A model generated the notes under the pieces. It saw only the letters and a list, made by a program, of their open reading frames with translations. It was not told where the DNA came from and ran no database searches. A program made the translations under genes and the position numbers. From positions 460,175 to 524,174 of the forward strand of contig CBDBHB010000006.1 in the NCBI GenBank assembly GCA_965205505.1: a stretch of 64,000 bases of DNA, in the 5' to 3' direction. Positions 46,438-56,281 of the stretch are shown one piece after another (within the stretch, counting starts at the first letter, position 1; every line of letters starts with the position of its first letter). This stretch comes from Acidobacteriota bacterium. Lineage in GTDB: Bacteria > Acidobacteriota > UBA890 > WLXD01.

Positions 46438-48202
46438 GCGCACCGGGCTCGTCTGGAAGCGCATGCGAGACCACCCGGCGGCGGTCGTGGCGTTGGCGGT
46501 AGTCGTCGTCATGGCGCTCGCATGCGTGGCTGCGCCGCTCATTGTCGCGTACGAGTTCGACGCCATCGATCTGAGCGGCATCCGACAACCACCGTCGAGC
46601 GCCCACTGGATGGGCACCGACGATCTCGGACGCGATCTGTTCACCCGGATGCTATACGGCGGTCGCGTCTCCATCCTCATCGGCGTGCTCGCGGCGCTTA
46701 TCGGCACAAGTATCGGTTCGCTAGTGGGGGCGCTGGCGGGGTTCTACGGCGGCCGCATCGACGGCGTGCTCATGCGCCTTACCGACGTTGCCTACTCGAT
46801 CCCGGCGCTGCCTCTGCTGATCGTGCTAAGCGCCTATTCGCGCGCCGGCGCGATTTCCGTGGCGGTGATCGTCGGGCTGCTGAGCTGGATGGCGACCGCC
46901 CGGGTGGTGCGCGCCGAGGTGCTGTCGATCAAGCAGCGCGACTACGTCGAGGCGGCGCGTGGCCTCGGCTCCCGCAACCGGCGATTGATCACCGGTCACA
47001 TTCTGCCGAACGCGGTCGGACCCATCGTAGTGGGTGCCACCCTTGCAGTGGGCAACGCCATCATCCTGGAGTCGTCGCTGAGCTTCCTCGGGCTCGGCGT
47101 GCAGCCGCCCACGCCGACGTGGGGCAACATGCTGCAGGAGGCACAGGTAACGATGGCCACCCGCCCATGGCTGACGGTGTTTCCGGGCCTCGCCATCCTC
47201 ACGGTGGTGCTGTCGGTCAACTTCATCGGCGACGGCCTGCAGGAAGCCTTCGATCCGACCGGGGAGCGCTTCCACCGGCGCTGGCGGAGGCGGCGGCGGC
47301 AACCTGGACGACGTGGAGGCTCGTTGCCGCGGCCGCCGGCAGCCACACCGGCCACGGCCACGGCCGCAGCCTCATCGCATCTGCTCGAGGTACGCGGCCT
47401 GACAACGACGTTCGAGACCGACCTCGGCCCGATCACCGCGGTCGACGGCGTGTCGTACACCCTCGACGCGGGCGAAGCCCTGGCGATCGTCGGCGAGAGC
47501 GGATCCGGCAAGACCGTCGCGGCGCTGTCGTTGATCGGGCTGGTGCCGCCGCCGGGCTCTGTAGAGCACGGCGAGGTGATCCTCGAGGGCCGTAACCTGC
47601 TGGGTCTGTCGGGACCGCGGTGGCAAGAAGTCCGTGGTCGCAAGATCGCGATGATCTTTCAGGACCCGATGACCTCGCTGAACCCGGTGCTGTCGATCGG
47701 CAGTCAGATCACCGAATCGCTCACCTCGCACGAAGGCCTGTCTACCGACGCGGCCCGATCCAGGGCAATCGAGCTGCTGGAGCTGGTACAGATTCCGCAT
47801 CCGGCCGAACGGCTTGCGGACTACCCACATCAGCTGTCGGGCGGACAGCGCCAGCGTGTGATGATCGCGATGGCGCTTTCCTGCAGCCCCTCCGTGCTCA
47901 TCGCCGACGAGCCCACCACAGCCCTCGACGTCACCATCCAGGCGCAGATCGTCGATCTCGTGCAGGATCTCCGGCAGCAGCTCGGCATGGCGATCATTTG
48001 GATCACGCACGATCTGGCGGTGGTAGCGGGCCTAGTGGACAGGGTCGCGGTGATGTACGCCGGTCACATGGTCGAGCAGGCACCGGTCGGCGAGATCTTC
48101 CGTCGTCCGCGTCACCCCTACACCCTCGGGCTGCTGCGTTCGATGCCAAGCGCATTGGCCTCGCGAGCGTGGATCGAGGGCCGATTCCGTTGTGCCAGGT
48201 GA
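46430..48202 (+). CDS. Fused peptide ABC permease (OppC-like) + ATP-binding domain (OppD-like)
   Basis: [20 protein letters not shown] and [10 protein letters not shown], then an Arg/Ala/Pro linker, then [27 protein letters not shown] and HPYTLGLL. Confidence 0.88.
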   Translation: MNERTGLVWKRMRDHPAAVVALAVVVVMALACVAAPLIVAYEFDAIDLSGIRQPPSSAHWMGTDDLGRDLFTRMLYGGRVSILIGVLAALIGTSIGSLVGALAGFYGGRIDGVLMRLTDVAYSIPALPLLIVLSAYSRAGAISVAVIVGLLSWMATARVVRAEVLSIKQRDYVEAARGLGSRNRRLITGHILPNAVGPIVVGATLAVGNAIILESSLSFLGLGVQPPTPTWGNMLQEAQVTMATRPWLTVFPGLAILTVVLSVNFIGDGLQEAFDPTGERFHRRWRRRRRQPGRRGGSLPRPPAATPATATAAASSHLLEVRGLTTTFETDLGPITAVDGVSYTLDAGEALAIVGESGSGKTVAALSLIGLVPPPGSVEHGEVILEGRNLLGLSGPRWQEVRGRKIAMIFQDPMTSLNPVLSIGSQITESLTSHEGLSTDAARSRAIELLELVQIPHPAERLADYPHQLSGGQRQRVMIAMALSCSPSVLIADEPTTALDVTIQAQIVDLVQDLRQQLGMAIIWITHDLAVVAGLVDRVAVMYAGHMVEQAPVGEIFRRPRHPYTLGLLRSMPSALASRAWIEGRFRCAR

Positions 48203-49191
48203 GCGAGTTGAGGAAGCACTTTCCGGTGCGACGCGGGCTTCTCAGGCGGCAGGTCGGCGCCATCCGCGCAGTAGACGGGGTGAGCTTCGACATCTACCCG
48301 GGAGAGACGCTCGGTCTGGTGGGTGAGAGCGGATCGGGCAAGACGACCACCGGTCGCACCGTGCTTCAGCTCGACCAACCGACTTCCGGCCGCGTCGTTT
48401 TCGAAGGTCACGAGCTCACCGGCATGCAGCCCGATGCGCTGCGCCGCACTCGTCGGCACATGCAGATGATCTTCCAGGATCCGTTCGCCTCGCTGAACCC
48501 ACGCTGGCGCGTCGGCGAGACGATCGGCGAGCCACTCGACATCCACGACATCGGCAGCAAGCAGAGCGGCGCCGATCGCGTCAGCGCGCTGCTCGAGCTC
48601 GTCGGCCTCAACGAGAGCTTCGCCGGCCGCTATCCGCACGAGCTCTCGGGGGGACAGCGACAACGGGTCGGCATTGCCCGCGCCCTGGCCACCAGCCCCC
48701 GGTTCATCGTCGCCGACGAGCCTATTTCCGCACTGGACGTGTCGATCCAGGCTCAGATCGTCAACCTGCTGAGCGATCTGAAGGATGATCTGGGGCTCAC
48801 CTATCTTTTCATCGCCCACGACCTGTCGATGGTGCGTCATCTCAGCGATCGGATCGCGGTAATGTACCTTGGCCGCATCGTCGAGCTCGGCGAGCGCGAC
48901 GACGTTTTCGAGCGCCCGCTGCATCCCTATACTCAAGCGCTGATCGCGGCCATTCCACGACCAGATCCCGACGCCGCGACGAACCGCCATCAATCGCGAC
49001 TGGAAGGCGAGGTTCCGAGCCCGATGCGCCCACCGCACGGCTGTCGATTCCACACTCGCTGTCCGCACGCCACGGACATTTGCTCGCAGCAGGATCCGGA
49101 GTACCGCGACCTTGGCGCAGCTCAGGGGGGCGATCCTCACTGGGTCTCCTGCCATCACGCTGAACAGATCGGAGCTGGGGACAGGCCGTGA
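48199..49191 (+). CDS. Peptide ABC transporter ATP-binding protein (OppF-like); may be the frameshifted end of the upstream fusion
   Basis: [31 protein letters not shown] and GCRFHTRCP motifs. GTG at 48199 overlaps the upstream TGA. Confidence 0.88.
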   Translation: MSELRKHFPVRRGLLRRQVGAIRAVDGVSFDIYPGETLGLVGESGSGKTTTGRTVLQLDQPTSGRVVFEGHELTGMQPDALRRTRRHMQMIFQDPFASLNPRWRVGETIGEPLDIHDIGSKQSGADRVSALLELVGLNESFAGRYPHELSGGQRQRVGIARALATSPRFIVADEPISALDVSIQAQIVNLLSDLKDDLGLTYLFIAHDLSMVRHLSDRIAVMYLGRIVELGERDDVFERPLHPYTQALIAAIPRPDPDAATNRHQSRLEGEVPSPMRPPHGCRFHTRCPHATDICSQQDPEYRDLGAAQGGDPHWVSCHHAEQIGAGDRP

Positions 49192-50360
49192 CCACCAAGA
49201 TGCTGCGCGTCGCCGTCGTCGGCGCCGGTCGCTGCGCGAGGTCGGCTCACCTGCCGGGGTTCATGCGCTCACCGCTGTGCAACCTGGTGGCGATCTGCGA
49301 CCTCGACAGCGACCTGGCGACGGCGCGGGCTACGGAGTTCGACATCCCCGACATCTACACCGACTACCGGCAGATCCTGCAGCGGGACGACATCGACGTG
49401 GTCGACATAGTGACCCGTGGCGATCACGAGGCGCTGGTGTTCGACACGCTGCATGCCGGCAAGCACTGTCTGGTGGAGAAGCTGGTTTGCCACGACTATC
49501 GCGACGTCTGGCGGGCGCATGAGCTCGCCGAGGCGAAGGGCCTGAAGACCAAGGTCGGCCTGACGTTCCGTTACGCGCCGGCGGTCATGTACATGTTCGA
49601 CTTGATCCGCGAGGGCTTCATCGGGCGCCCGTTCGTGTTCAACGGGTACGAGCAGAACTCGCAGTGGCTCGATCCCGACAACCCGATCGACAAGCGCATC
49701 CACAAGACGAAGCCGCCTGACGAGCCTGATCGGGGGACAGACCTCACGCGTGAGGGCATCACGGTGTCCTCTCTCGAAGGCTATGGGGCACCGACGATCG
49801 ATATCGGCCTAGCATGCATCGACAGCGACCTGACGCAGGTGGTGGGGATCCTGGCCAACATGGTGCCCGAGCGGCGTCGAACCAACCTCGATAGCGAGCG
49901 CGAGCGCATCAACATCGACGACGCCGACATGTTCATGGGCGAGGCCGCCAACGGCGCGCTGTTCTCGATGCAGTCGAGCTACGTGACGGTCGGCAACTAC
50001 CCTGGTATCGAAGCGCGGCTATTCGGCTCGGAGGGCGCCGTTCAGGTACGGCTCGTGGAGGAGTTCGGCGTCATCCAGACCATCCACACCGCCAAGCCCG
50101 ACGCCGTCGAGTTCGTGCAACAGGACATCCCCAGTCGCTACTTCCCGCCGGGATATCAGGACGGCGACGACTGGAGCGCAGCGTTCTACGGCAACCTGGT
50201 ACACGACTTCTGCTGCGAGATCATCGCCGATGGCCCGGTCAACCAGGGCAACTTCGCGCAGAGCGCCCGCGTGCAGGAGATTATCAACGCGGTGACGCTT
50301 TCGCATCGCCAGCGTCGGTGGGTGAGCCTGCCGCTCCGGGACGAGGTTGATGCGCAATAG
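49188..50360 (+). CDS. Gfo/Idh/MocA family oxidoreductase
   Basis: RVAVVGAG, DIDVVDIVT, AGKHCLVEKL and VGLTFRYAP motifs. Confidence 0.88.
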   Translation: MTTKMLRVAVVGAGRCARSAHLPGFMRSPLCNLVAICDLDSDLATARATEFDIPDIYTDYRQILQRDDIDVVDIVTRGDHEALVFDTLHAGKHCLVEKLVCHDYRDVWRAHELAEAKGLKTKVGLTFRYAPAVMYMFDLIREGFIGRPFVFNGYEQNSQWLDPDNPIDKRIHKTKPPDEPDRGTDLTREGITVSSLEGYGAPTIDIGLACIDSDLTQVVGILANMVPERRRTNLDSERERINIDDADMFMGEAANGALFSMQSSYVTVGNYPGIEARLFGSEGAVQVRLVEEFGVIQTIHTAKPDAVEFVQQDIPSRYFPPGYQDGDDWSAAFYGNLVHDFCCEIIADGPVNQGNFAQSARVQEIINAVTLSHRQRRWVSLPLRDEVDAQ

Positions 50361-50406
50361 TGAGGCACCCTGTAACCGGACCCCGAAACAGCGACGGGAG
50401 CCATCG

Positions 50407-51255
50407 ATGGTCAACTACGACTTCACCGGCAAGATAGCGGTGGTGACGGGCGCCGCGCGCGGCGTTGGTCGCGAGATCGTCGCCGCATTCGCGAGGACGG
50501 GCGCCCGCGTCGTCGCCGCGGACCGTGATGTTGCTGGCCTGGCCGAGACAGAACGCGTTGTGGGGCCAGGGGTCGCAACAGTAGTCGCAGATATCAGCGA
50601 CGTCGATGGTGCGGCGAGCATCATCGAGGCCGCCGTCGAGCGCTTTGGTCGCCTGGATATCTGTGTCAACGACGCGGCGGTTGTTCCTCATGCGAGTCTG
50701 CTCGAAGAGCGCGTCGAAGTGTGGGACCGGGTGTACGCGGTCAACTGTCGGGGGACGTTCCTCATGACACAGGCGGCAGCGCGTGTGCTCATCGAGCAAG
50801 GGGCTGGGGGTCGCATCATCAACTTCTCCTCGGGGGTGAGCCGACGCGGCTCGGCCGGCGCTGCAGCGTACGCGTCCAGTCGCGCGGCGACGGAGAGCTT
50901 CTCGCGCGTGGCCGCCATCGAGCTGGCGCCCCACGGCATCCTCGTGAACACGGTCAGCCCAGGGCTCATCGATACGCAGCGCAAGCCGTTACCCGCGCGG
51001 ATGGCCGAGCGGCTGGCGGCCCGGATTCCGACGCTGCCGCTTTCACGGTCCGGCACGCCAGCGGAGGTCGCGGCTCTGGTCCTGTGGCTGGCGTCTGACG
51101 CATCCAGCTACGTGACGGGTGCCGTGTACACGGTCGATGGCGGCGCCGGCGTAGGGACGCGACCGACGGGGCCCATTATCGACGACGACCCTCGCTACGA
51201 TTGGGTGACTGGGCGGGGCGGCGAGGTCGACACGGAACCGGGAGGCAGCCTGTGA
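50407..51255 (+). CDS. SDR family oxidoreductase
   Basis: TGAARGVG, GRLDICVNDA, YASSR (Arg in place of the YxxxK Lys), VSPGLIDT and VDGG motifs. Confidence 0.88.
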   Translation: MVNYDFTGKIAVVTGAARGVGREIVAAFARTGARVVAADRDVAGLAETERVVGPGVATVVADISDVDGAASIIEAAVERFGRLDICVNDAAVVPHASLLEERVEVWDRVYAVNCRGTFLMTQAAARVLIEQGAGGRIINFSSGVSRRGSAGAAAYASSRAATESFSRVAAIELAPHGILVNTVSPGLIDTQRKPLPARMAERLAARIPTLPLSRSGTPAEVAALVLWLASDASSYVTGAVYTVDGGAGVGTRPTGPIIDDDPRYDWVTGRGGEVDTEPGGSL

Positions 51256-52274
51256 GCGACCGAAAGCTGCGTTGGGGCGTGATCAGCACGGCGAACATCG
51301 GCCGCGCGGCCGTGAACCCGGCGATCCAGGCATCCGATAACGGCGAGCTGGTGGCGGTTGCGAGCCGCATAGCGGCGGCGGCGAAGGCGTTCGCCCAAGC
51401 CTCCAGCATCCCACGATGGTACGGCAGCTACGAGGCCCTGTTGGTGCAGGAAGACATCGATGCCGTCTACATTCCGCTGCCCAACAGCATGCATCGAAAG
51501 TGGACGATTCGTGCTGCAGAGCACGGTAAGCACGTGCTCTGCGAGAAGCCGCTGGCCCTCACCGCGAAGGAGTGCGCCGAGATGCAGGAGGCTGCGGACG
51601 CCAGCGGTGTGAAGCTGATGGAGGCGTTCATGTATCGATTCCACCCGCGTACCGCCAAGGTCGTGGAGCTGGTGCGGGGGGGCGCCATCGGCGAGCCGCA
51701 CATGATCCGCAGCGCCTTTACGTTTCGCCTCACCAAGCCGGACAACATCCGCCTGCAGCCGGAGCTTGGCGGCGGCGCGCTGATGGACGTTGGCTGCTAC
51801 TGCGTCAACGTCAGCCGAACGGTCGCCGGCAGCGAGCCGCTCGAGGTTCAGGCCCTGGCGGAGTGGGGGGCCAGCGGTGTGGACACGCAGATGGCGGGCA
51901 CGATGCGCTTTGCCGATGGGTTGCTGGCGCAGTTCGATTGCGCTCTGACGCTGGAGCGACGAGAGTTCTATGAGATCGCTGGCACCGAGGGGCATCTGCG
52001 CGTGCCGGCGGCGTTCCTACCCGGCACCGGCGAAGCGCAGATTCACCAGCATCGCGGCCGCGATGACCGGGAAACGCACACCGTTGAGGGCATCGATGAG
52101 TACCGGCTCATGGTCGAGCACTTCGCCGAGTGCGTGCTCGACGACCTGCCGCTGCGCTACGACGCCGCCGAGGCGGCGCGCAACATGCGCGTCATCGAGG
52201 CGCTCTACCGATCGGCGCGAAACGGTGGGGCCGTCGAAGCCCCTGTTACAGGCCACTTCTATGAGAAGGCCTAG
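51252..52274 (+). CDS. Gfo/Idh/MocA family oxidoreductase (last four codons supplied by the IS end)
   Basis: WGVISTANIG, AVYIPLPN..H, GKHVLCEKPLA, EAFMYRFHP and GGGALMDVGCY motifs. Confidence 0.92.
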   Translation: MSDRKLRWGVISTANIGRAAVNPAIQASDNGELVAVASRIAAAAKAFAQASSIPRWYGSYEALLVQEDIDAVYIPLPNSMHRKWTIRAAEHGKHVLCEKPLALTAKECAEMQEAADASGVKLMEAFMYRFHPRTAKVVELVRGGAIGEPHMIRSAFTFRLTKPDNIRLQPELGGGALMDVGCYCVNVSRTVAGSEPLEVQALAEWGASGVDTQMAGTMRFADGLLAQFDCALTLERREFYEIAGTEGHLRVPAAFLPGTGEAQIHQHRGRDDRETHTVEGIDEYRLMVEHFAECVLDDLPLRYDAAEAARNMRVIEALYRSARNGGAVEAPVTGHFYEKA

Positions 52275-52517
52275 TTCGGTCAAGGGCAATGTGGTGGCCA
52301 GCGAAGAATCGATCTGCACGCCATGCTCCTATTCGCACTCTGGTGGACGAGGATTCAGGTCGTCCGGTGCATTCTGGGGTCCGTCCCGATTCGAGGCGCT
52401 GCAATCTAGCTGCCGAGCTCGAAGCTCGTAGTGACCTTCGCAGTCGCCCGGACCGGGCGGTCAGATCGATAACCGTTGGGTCGCGTCGCCCTACCGACCT
52501 CCTGGTTGCGGGTTAGT
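52272..52517 (-). ncRNA. Candidate bridge/seek RNA region of the IS1111-type element
   Basis: Long hairpin-rich non-coding end downstream of the transposase (CGCCCGG/CCGGGCG, CGAGCTTCGAGCTCG, GGACGA..TCGTCC), the position of the guide RNA in IS1111-group elements. Boundaries are inferred. Confidence 0.5.
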
Positions 52518-53560
52518 TCATGCTGCTGAAACCTCTACAGGTGCGCGCAACGGTTCGTACTCGTCTCCACTCAGCCACAGTCGGTGCAGCACAACGGCGA
52601 GCTTACGGGCGACAGCAACTGCTGCCTTTTTGTTGCCATGAGGACCACCGCGTCCGGCCAGCTTGAGCCCCCAGCGTCTGAGCTCAGTATCGGGCCCGAA
52701 GGGGCCCAGGATGTAATGCGCCGAGCCCACCAACAGGCGTCGGAGCATTTTGTCGCCCGCCTTGGTTATTCGTAGCGCAGGGTCCTTGTCCCCCGACTGC
52801 CGTTTCTTCGGTCTCAGTCCCAGGTACGGGCCCACGGCTCTGGAGGTATTGAACCGCTCCGGCTCCTCGAGCGTCAGCACATACGCCAGTGCGGTCAGAG
52901 CTCCGACCCCGGCCACTTGCTGGAGCTGCTGTGTCTCCGGGTATCGCCCCTGGCACAGCTGCACGATCTGACGCTCGTATTGCTGGATGTTGCCCGTCAG
53001 CATGGCGATCGTTTCAAGCACCGGCTCGAGCGCTCCCTTGAGCCGCTCCGGTATGTGCTCTGGCGCGGTGCGCGCGAACGCCGGCGTCGAGCACCTGGGA
53101 ATACGACAACCGGCCGACTTGACCGCACCACGCACATGGCTCACCAACTGCGTGCAGCTCTTTACCAGAGCATCTCGGCTCCGAATCACGGCTAGATCCG
53201 CTCGCGCTTGTCTGCCTCGATGCTGCACCGTCTTAAGCAGCTTTGGGTCCATTCTGCCCACTCGTGCCAGGTGCTCGGCATCCAACCGGTCGGTCCGTGC
53301 TCGCCATAGATCAGCTTCAGCCGCCTCGGGTTAGCCACCAGCACCTCATGACCCAGTTGCTTCAACTGCTCACTCATCCACGGCGAGTGCGTTCCAACCT
53401 CCAGCACTACTCGAGCGGGCTCCTCGCACCCGAACCGCCTCGCCAGCCCCTCCGGGCTCGTCCTCACCCGCCCTTCCTCCATCACCCTGCCCTTACTGTC
53501 GAGCACGCACATACGGCTGTACCGGTCGCTTACGTCCAGTCCAATCGTTACACTCCTCAT
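52518..53560 (-). pseudogene. IS110 family transposase/recombinase, frameshifted near 53295
   Basis: Frame 1: TIGLDVSD, VVLEVG, VANPRRL. Frame 2: TDRLDAEHLAR, VAGVGALTA, YLGLRP...QSG, ITKAGD..LRRLL, AAVAVARKLAV. Confidence 0.9.
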
Positions 53561-53653
53561 CGGCCAACCTCCTTGGGCTTCGAGCCCGTTACGTTTGAAG
53601 AAACGTTTGCAGAGCCGTCAGGCTACTGCGTTCAGGAGGTTGGCCTTCTCATC

Positions 53654-53960
53654 TCATCTAGATAGGCGCGCCTGACGCCAGATTTCGTTCAGCTTCGGAC
53701 GGCTACCGAGCGCCAGCAGCCCGATGCGAAACAGCCGCGCCCCGAGCTTGAGCGCCAGCCAGGTCGAGATGATCAGAATTCCCGGCGCCAGCGCCAGCTC
53801 CCAGACTGGCACCCCGATCAGGCTGGTCTTGCCGGCACCGTTGGGGACCCAGTAGCCCGAACGCCTCGCCAGAACGAGCCTCGAACGACACGCCGCACAG
53901 CGCGACGGTCTCGCCGTAGCTCTTGTGGATATCGTCGAATCGTACGGCGGCCTCGGACAC
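53654..53960 (-). pseudogene. Deletion remnant of an ABC-2 exporter: ATPase N-terminus joined to permease C-terminus
   Basis: VRFDDIHKSYG..ALCGVSF...GEAFGLLGP/(+1)NGAGKTSLI is joined directly to GVPVWELALAPGILIISTWLALKLGARLFRIGLLALGSRPKLNEIWRQ (NatB-like tail). Confidence 0.75.
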
Positions 53961-53974
53961 GGCCAACGCTCTTC

Positions 53975-56257
53975 TCAGCTGCCACCGTTCGCGTCGGTCT
54001 TTTCCGGTTCGCCCTCGAGTGTCTTCAGCACGTCGCGCCAGGCGAACTTCTCGCCGATGCCCCGCACGTAGTAATCCATCCACGCCATCTCGCTGACCGA
54101 CTTCACCAGCCGGTTGCGCGGATCGGGGATGCCGTGGCTGCGACCCGGGTACATGTACAGCTCGGTCGGCACACCGAGCTTCTTGAGCGCCATGTGCAGC
54201 TCGACCGACTGCGGGCTGGGAACGCGCGGGTCGCCCTCGACCACATGGATCATCGTCGGCGTCTTGGCATTCTTGATGTACTTCATCGGCGATTGCTCCC
54301 AGTAGGCGTCGTAGTTGTCGTACGGGAGGTCGTTGCCGAGGTAGAACTGGCGGTTGCGCTGTACGTCGCTCTGCGCGTACATCGAGATCCAGTTCGAGGT
54401 GCCCGCCCCGGAGCTGATCGCCTTGAAGCGGTCGGTGTGGGTGAGGATCCAGTTCGACCAGTGCCCGCCGGCGCTCCAGCCGAGCGCCCCCATGCGACCG
54501 GGGTCGACTATGCCCTCGGCGATGAGGTGGTCGACGCCGGTCATGATGTCGTCGTAGCCCTGCGGAAAGTAGTTGCCGACAATTGCGGTGCGGTGCTCCT
54601 CGCCGTAGTTGGACGAGCCTCGGTAGTTGGGCTTCAACACCGCGTACCCGGCGCCAGCGTACACCTGTGATCCGTAGCCGCCGTTGAACCGCAGCGTGTC
54701 GGCGCCGGCGGGGCCACCGTGGATGGCGACGATGAGCGGGTAGCGGTTGCCTTCCTCGTAGCCTACCGGCTTCATCAGCACGCCGCCGACCTGCTTGCCG
54801 TCGGTCGACGTCCAGGTGACCTCGGTCTCCTCGCCCAGGGCGAGGCCTTCTATCTGGCGGTTGACGTCGACGAGCTGCTTCCATGCCGAGCGCGTGCCCA
54901 CCTCCTCGACGCTGGCCACCGTGAACAGCGTCGGCGGGGTGCTCGGATCGGAGTAGTTGATCAGCAGCACGCCGGAGTCGCGGTCGCGGCTGACCCTGAG
55001 CGCGGCCTCTGCGTGCGTCAGCTGCTGCACCCTATCGTTGGCCACGTCGACCCCGTGAAGCTGGCTGGTAACACGCACGCCGCCGTTGAAGAAGATGGTC
55101 GCGCCGTCGTCGGACCAGAAGCTCGGCGAGGCGTGACCATCGAACCCGGTGCCGACCTGGCGGAACGCGCCGCCCCGCTCCTCGACCTCGCGCACGTAGA
55201 TGCGACGGTTCTTCATGCTGTAGGCGTGCATGTCGCCGGGCGCGGAGAACGCCAGCAGACGCCCGTCGGGCGAGAAGCTCATGCTGCCTTCACCGACCTC
55301 GTGGTTGTCGGTCAATCGCTCCACATGCCCGGTCGAGGTCTCGAGCAGGTAGAGGTCGGCGTTGATACGCTCCTCGGTGATGTTGCGCTCGTAGCGCTCG
55401 GCCGAAGATCCCGTGAAGCCCACCCAGCGACCGTCGTCGGAGACCGTGAAGCTCGCCACGCTCATGCTCGCATTGTCGGTCAACCGAGTCGCCTCCAGCG
55501 AATCGAGCTCGAGCGCCCACAGGCTCGAGAGCGGCGTCTCCTGGTTGCGAACGTCGACGGTGAACTTCATCTCGGTGCGCAAGCGCTCGTCCGCATCGGC
55601 GCTATCGGGCCTGGCGAAGTAGATCCGGCGGCTATCCGGAGCCCACTCCCAGCCTTCGACACCGGCGGCGGCGTCGGTGAGCTGCTCGGCGACGGCCGCG
55701 TGGATGCCCTGCACCGGAAGTCGAAACAGCTCCTCCCGGCCGGACTCGCCGCTGCGGTAGACGAGCCACTGGCCGTCGTCGCTGAAGGCGAAGTTCGACG
55801 CGCCGTCCTCGGCATCCGTGATTCGCCGCGCCTCGCCGCCATCCGGGCGCATCAGATACAGCTGGTCGTTATCGTCGTCAGAGTCGCGGTCAGAAGCAAA
55901 CACGAAGAAGCGTCCGTCGCGCGACCATGCCGGGGAGCCCTCGTTCTTGTCGTCCGTGTAGGTCATGCGACGACCCGACGCGGCGCCCTGCTCCAGTGAC
56001 ACCAAATGGATGTCGGACTGCTGCGTCGCTTCCTCCCAATCGGGTGTGGTTACCGTGTACAGCATCCACTTGCCGTCGCGGCTAGGGGTGAAGGAGCCGG
56101 CACGAGCCATGTGCTGCATGTCGAGGAAGGTCATGGCACGTGGCCCATCGGCCGGGGCCTGGCCCTCGACCGGGGCCGCAAGCGTTGGGGCGAGCAGCAA
56201 AGCGGCGACGATGAACGCGCTCGACGCGGGAAACGGGGGCGGGCAATTGGTACGCAT
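53975..56257 (-). CDS. S9 family (prolyl oligopeptidase/acylaminoacyl) peptidase
   Basis: Signal peptide, PD40-like propeller (WSRDG, FSPDG), HGGP, NYRGS, GWSAGG nucleophile, D(PRVP) and SHG. Confidence 0.93.
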   Translation of the reverse strand: MRTNCPPPFPASSAFIVAALLLAPTLAAPVEGQAPADGPRAMTFLDMQHMARAGSFTPSRDGKWMLYTVTTPDWEEATQQSDIHLVSLEQGAASGRRMTYTDDKNEGSPAWSRDGRFFVFASDRDSDDDNDQLYLMRPDGGEARRITDAEDGASNFAFSDDGQWLVYRSGESGREELFRLPVQGIHAAVAEQLTDAAAGVEGWEWAPDSRRIYFARPDSADADERLRTEMKFTVDVRNQETPLSSLWALELDSLEATRLTDNASMSVASFTVSDDGRWVGFTGSSAERYERNITEERINADLYLLETSTGHVERLTDNHEVGEGSMSFSPDGRLLAFSAPGDMHAYSMKNRRIYVREVEERGGAFRQVGTGFDGHASPSFWSDDGATIFFNGGVRVTSQLHGVDVANDRVQQLTHAEAALRVSRDRDSGVLLINYSDPSTPPTLFTVASVEEVGTRSAWKQLVDVNRQIEGLALGEETEVTWTSTDGKQVGGVLMKPVGYEEGNRYPLIVAIHGGPAGADTLRFNGGYGSQVYAGAGYAVLKPNYRGSSNYGEEHRTAIVGNYFPQGYDDIMTGVDHLIAEGIVDPGRMGALGWSAGGHWSNWILTHTDRFKAISSGAGTSNWISMYAQSDVQRNRQFYLGNDLPYDNYDAYWEQSPMKYIKNAKTPTMIHVVEGDPRVPSPQSVELHMALKKLGVPTELYMYPGRSHGIPDPRNRLVKSVSEMAWMDYYVRGIGEKFAWRDVLKTLEGEPEKTDANGGS

Positions 56258-56281
56258 ATTCAACTCCGAAGTGCGTGAGGT

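Larger units (their letters stand above)
52258..53659 (-). mobile_element. IS110-family element, IS1111 type (~1.4 kb)
   Basis: Sub-terminal 11-bp inverted repeats ATGAGAAGGCC (52261-52271) / GGCCTTCTCAT (53642-53652); shared TAGA core at both junctions; outward TTGACC on the minus strand at 52278-52283; ~245-bp non-coding region downstream of the transposase. Confidence 0.88.
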
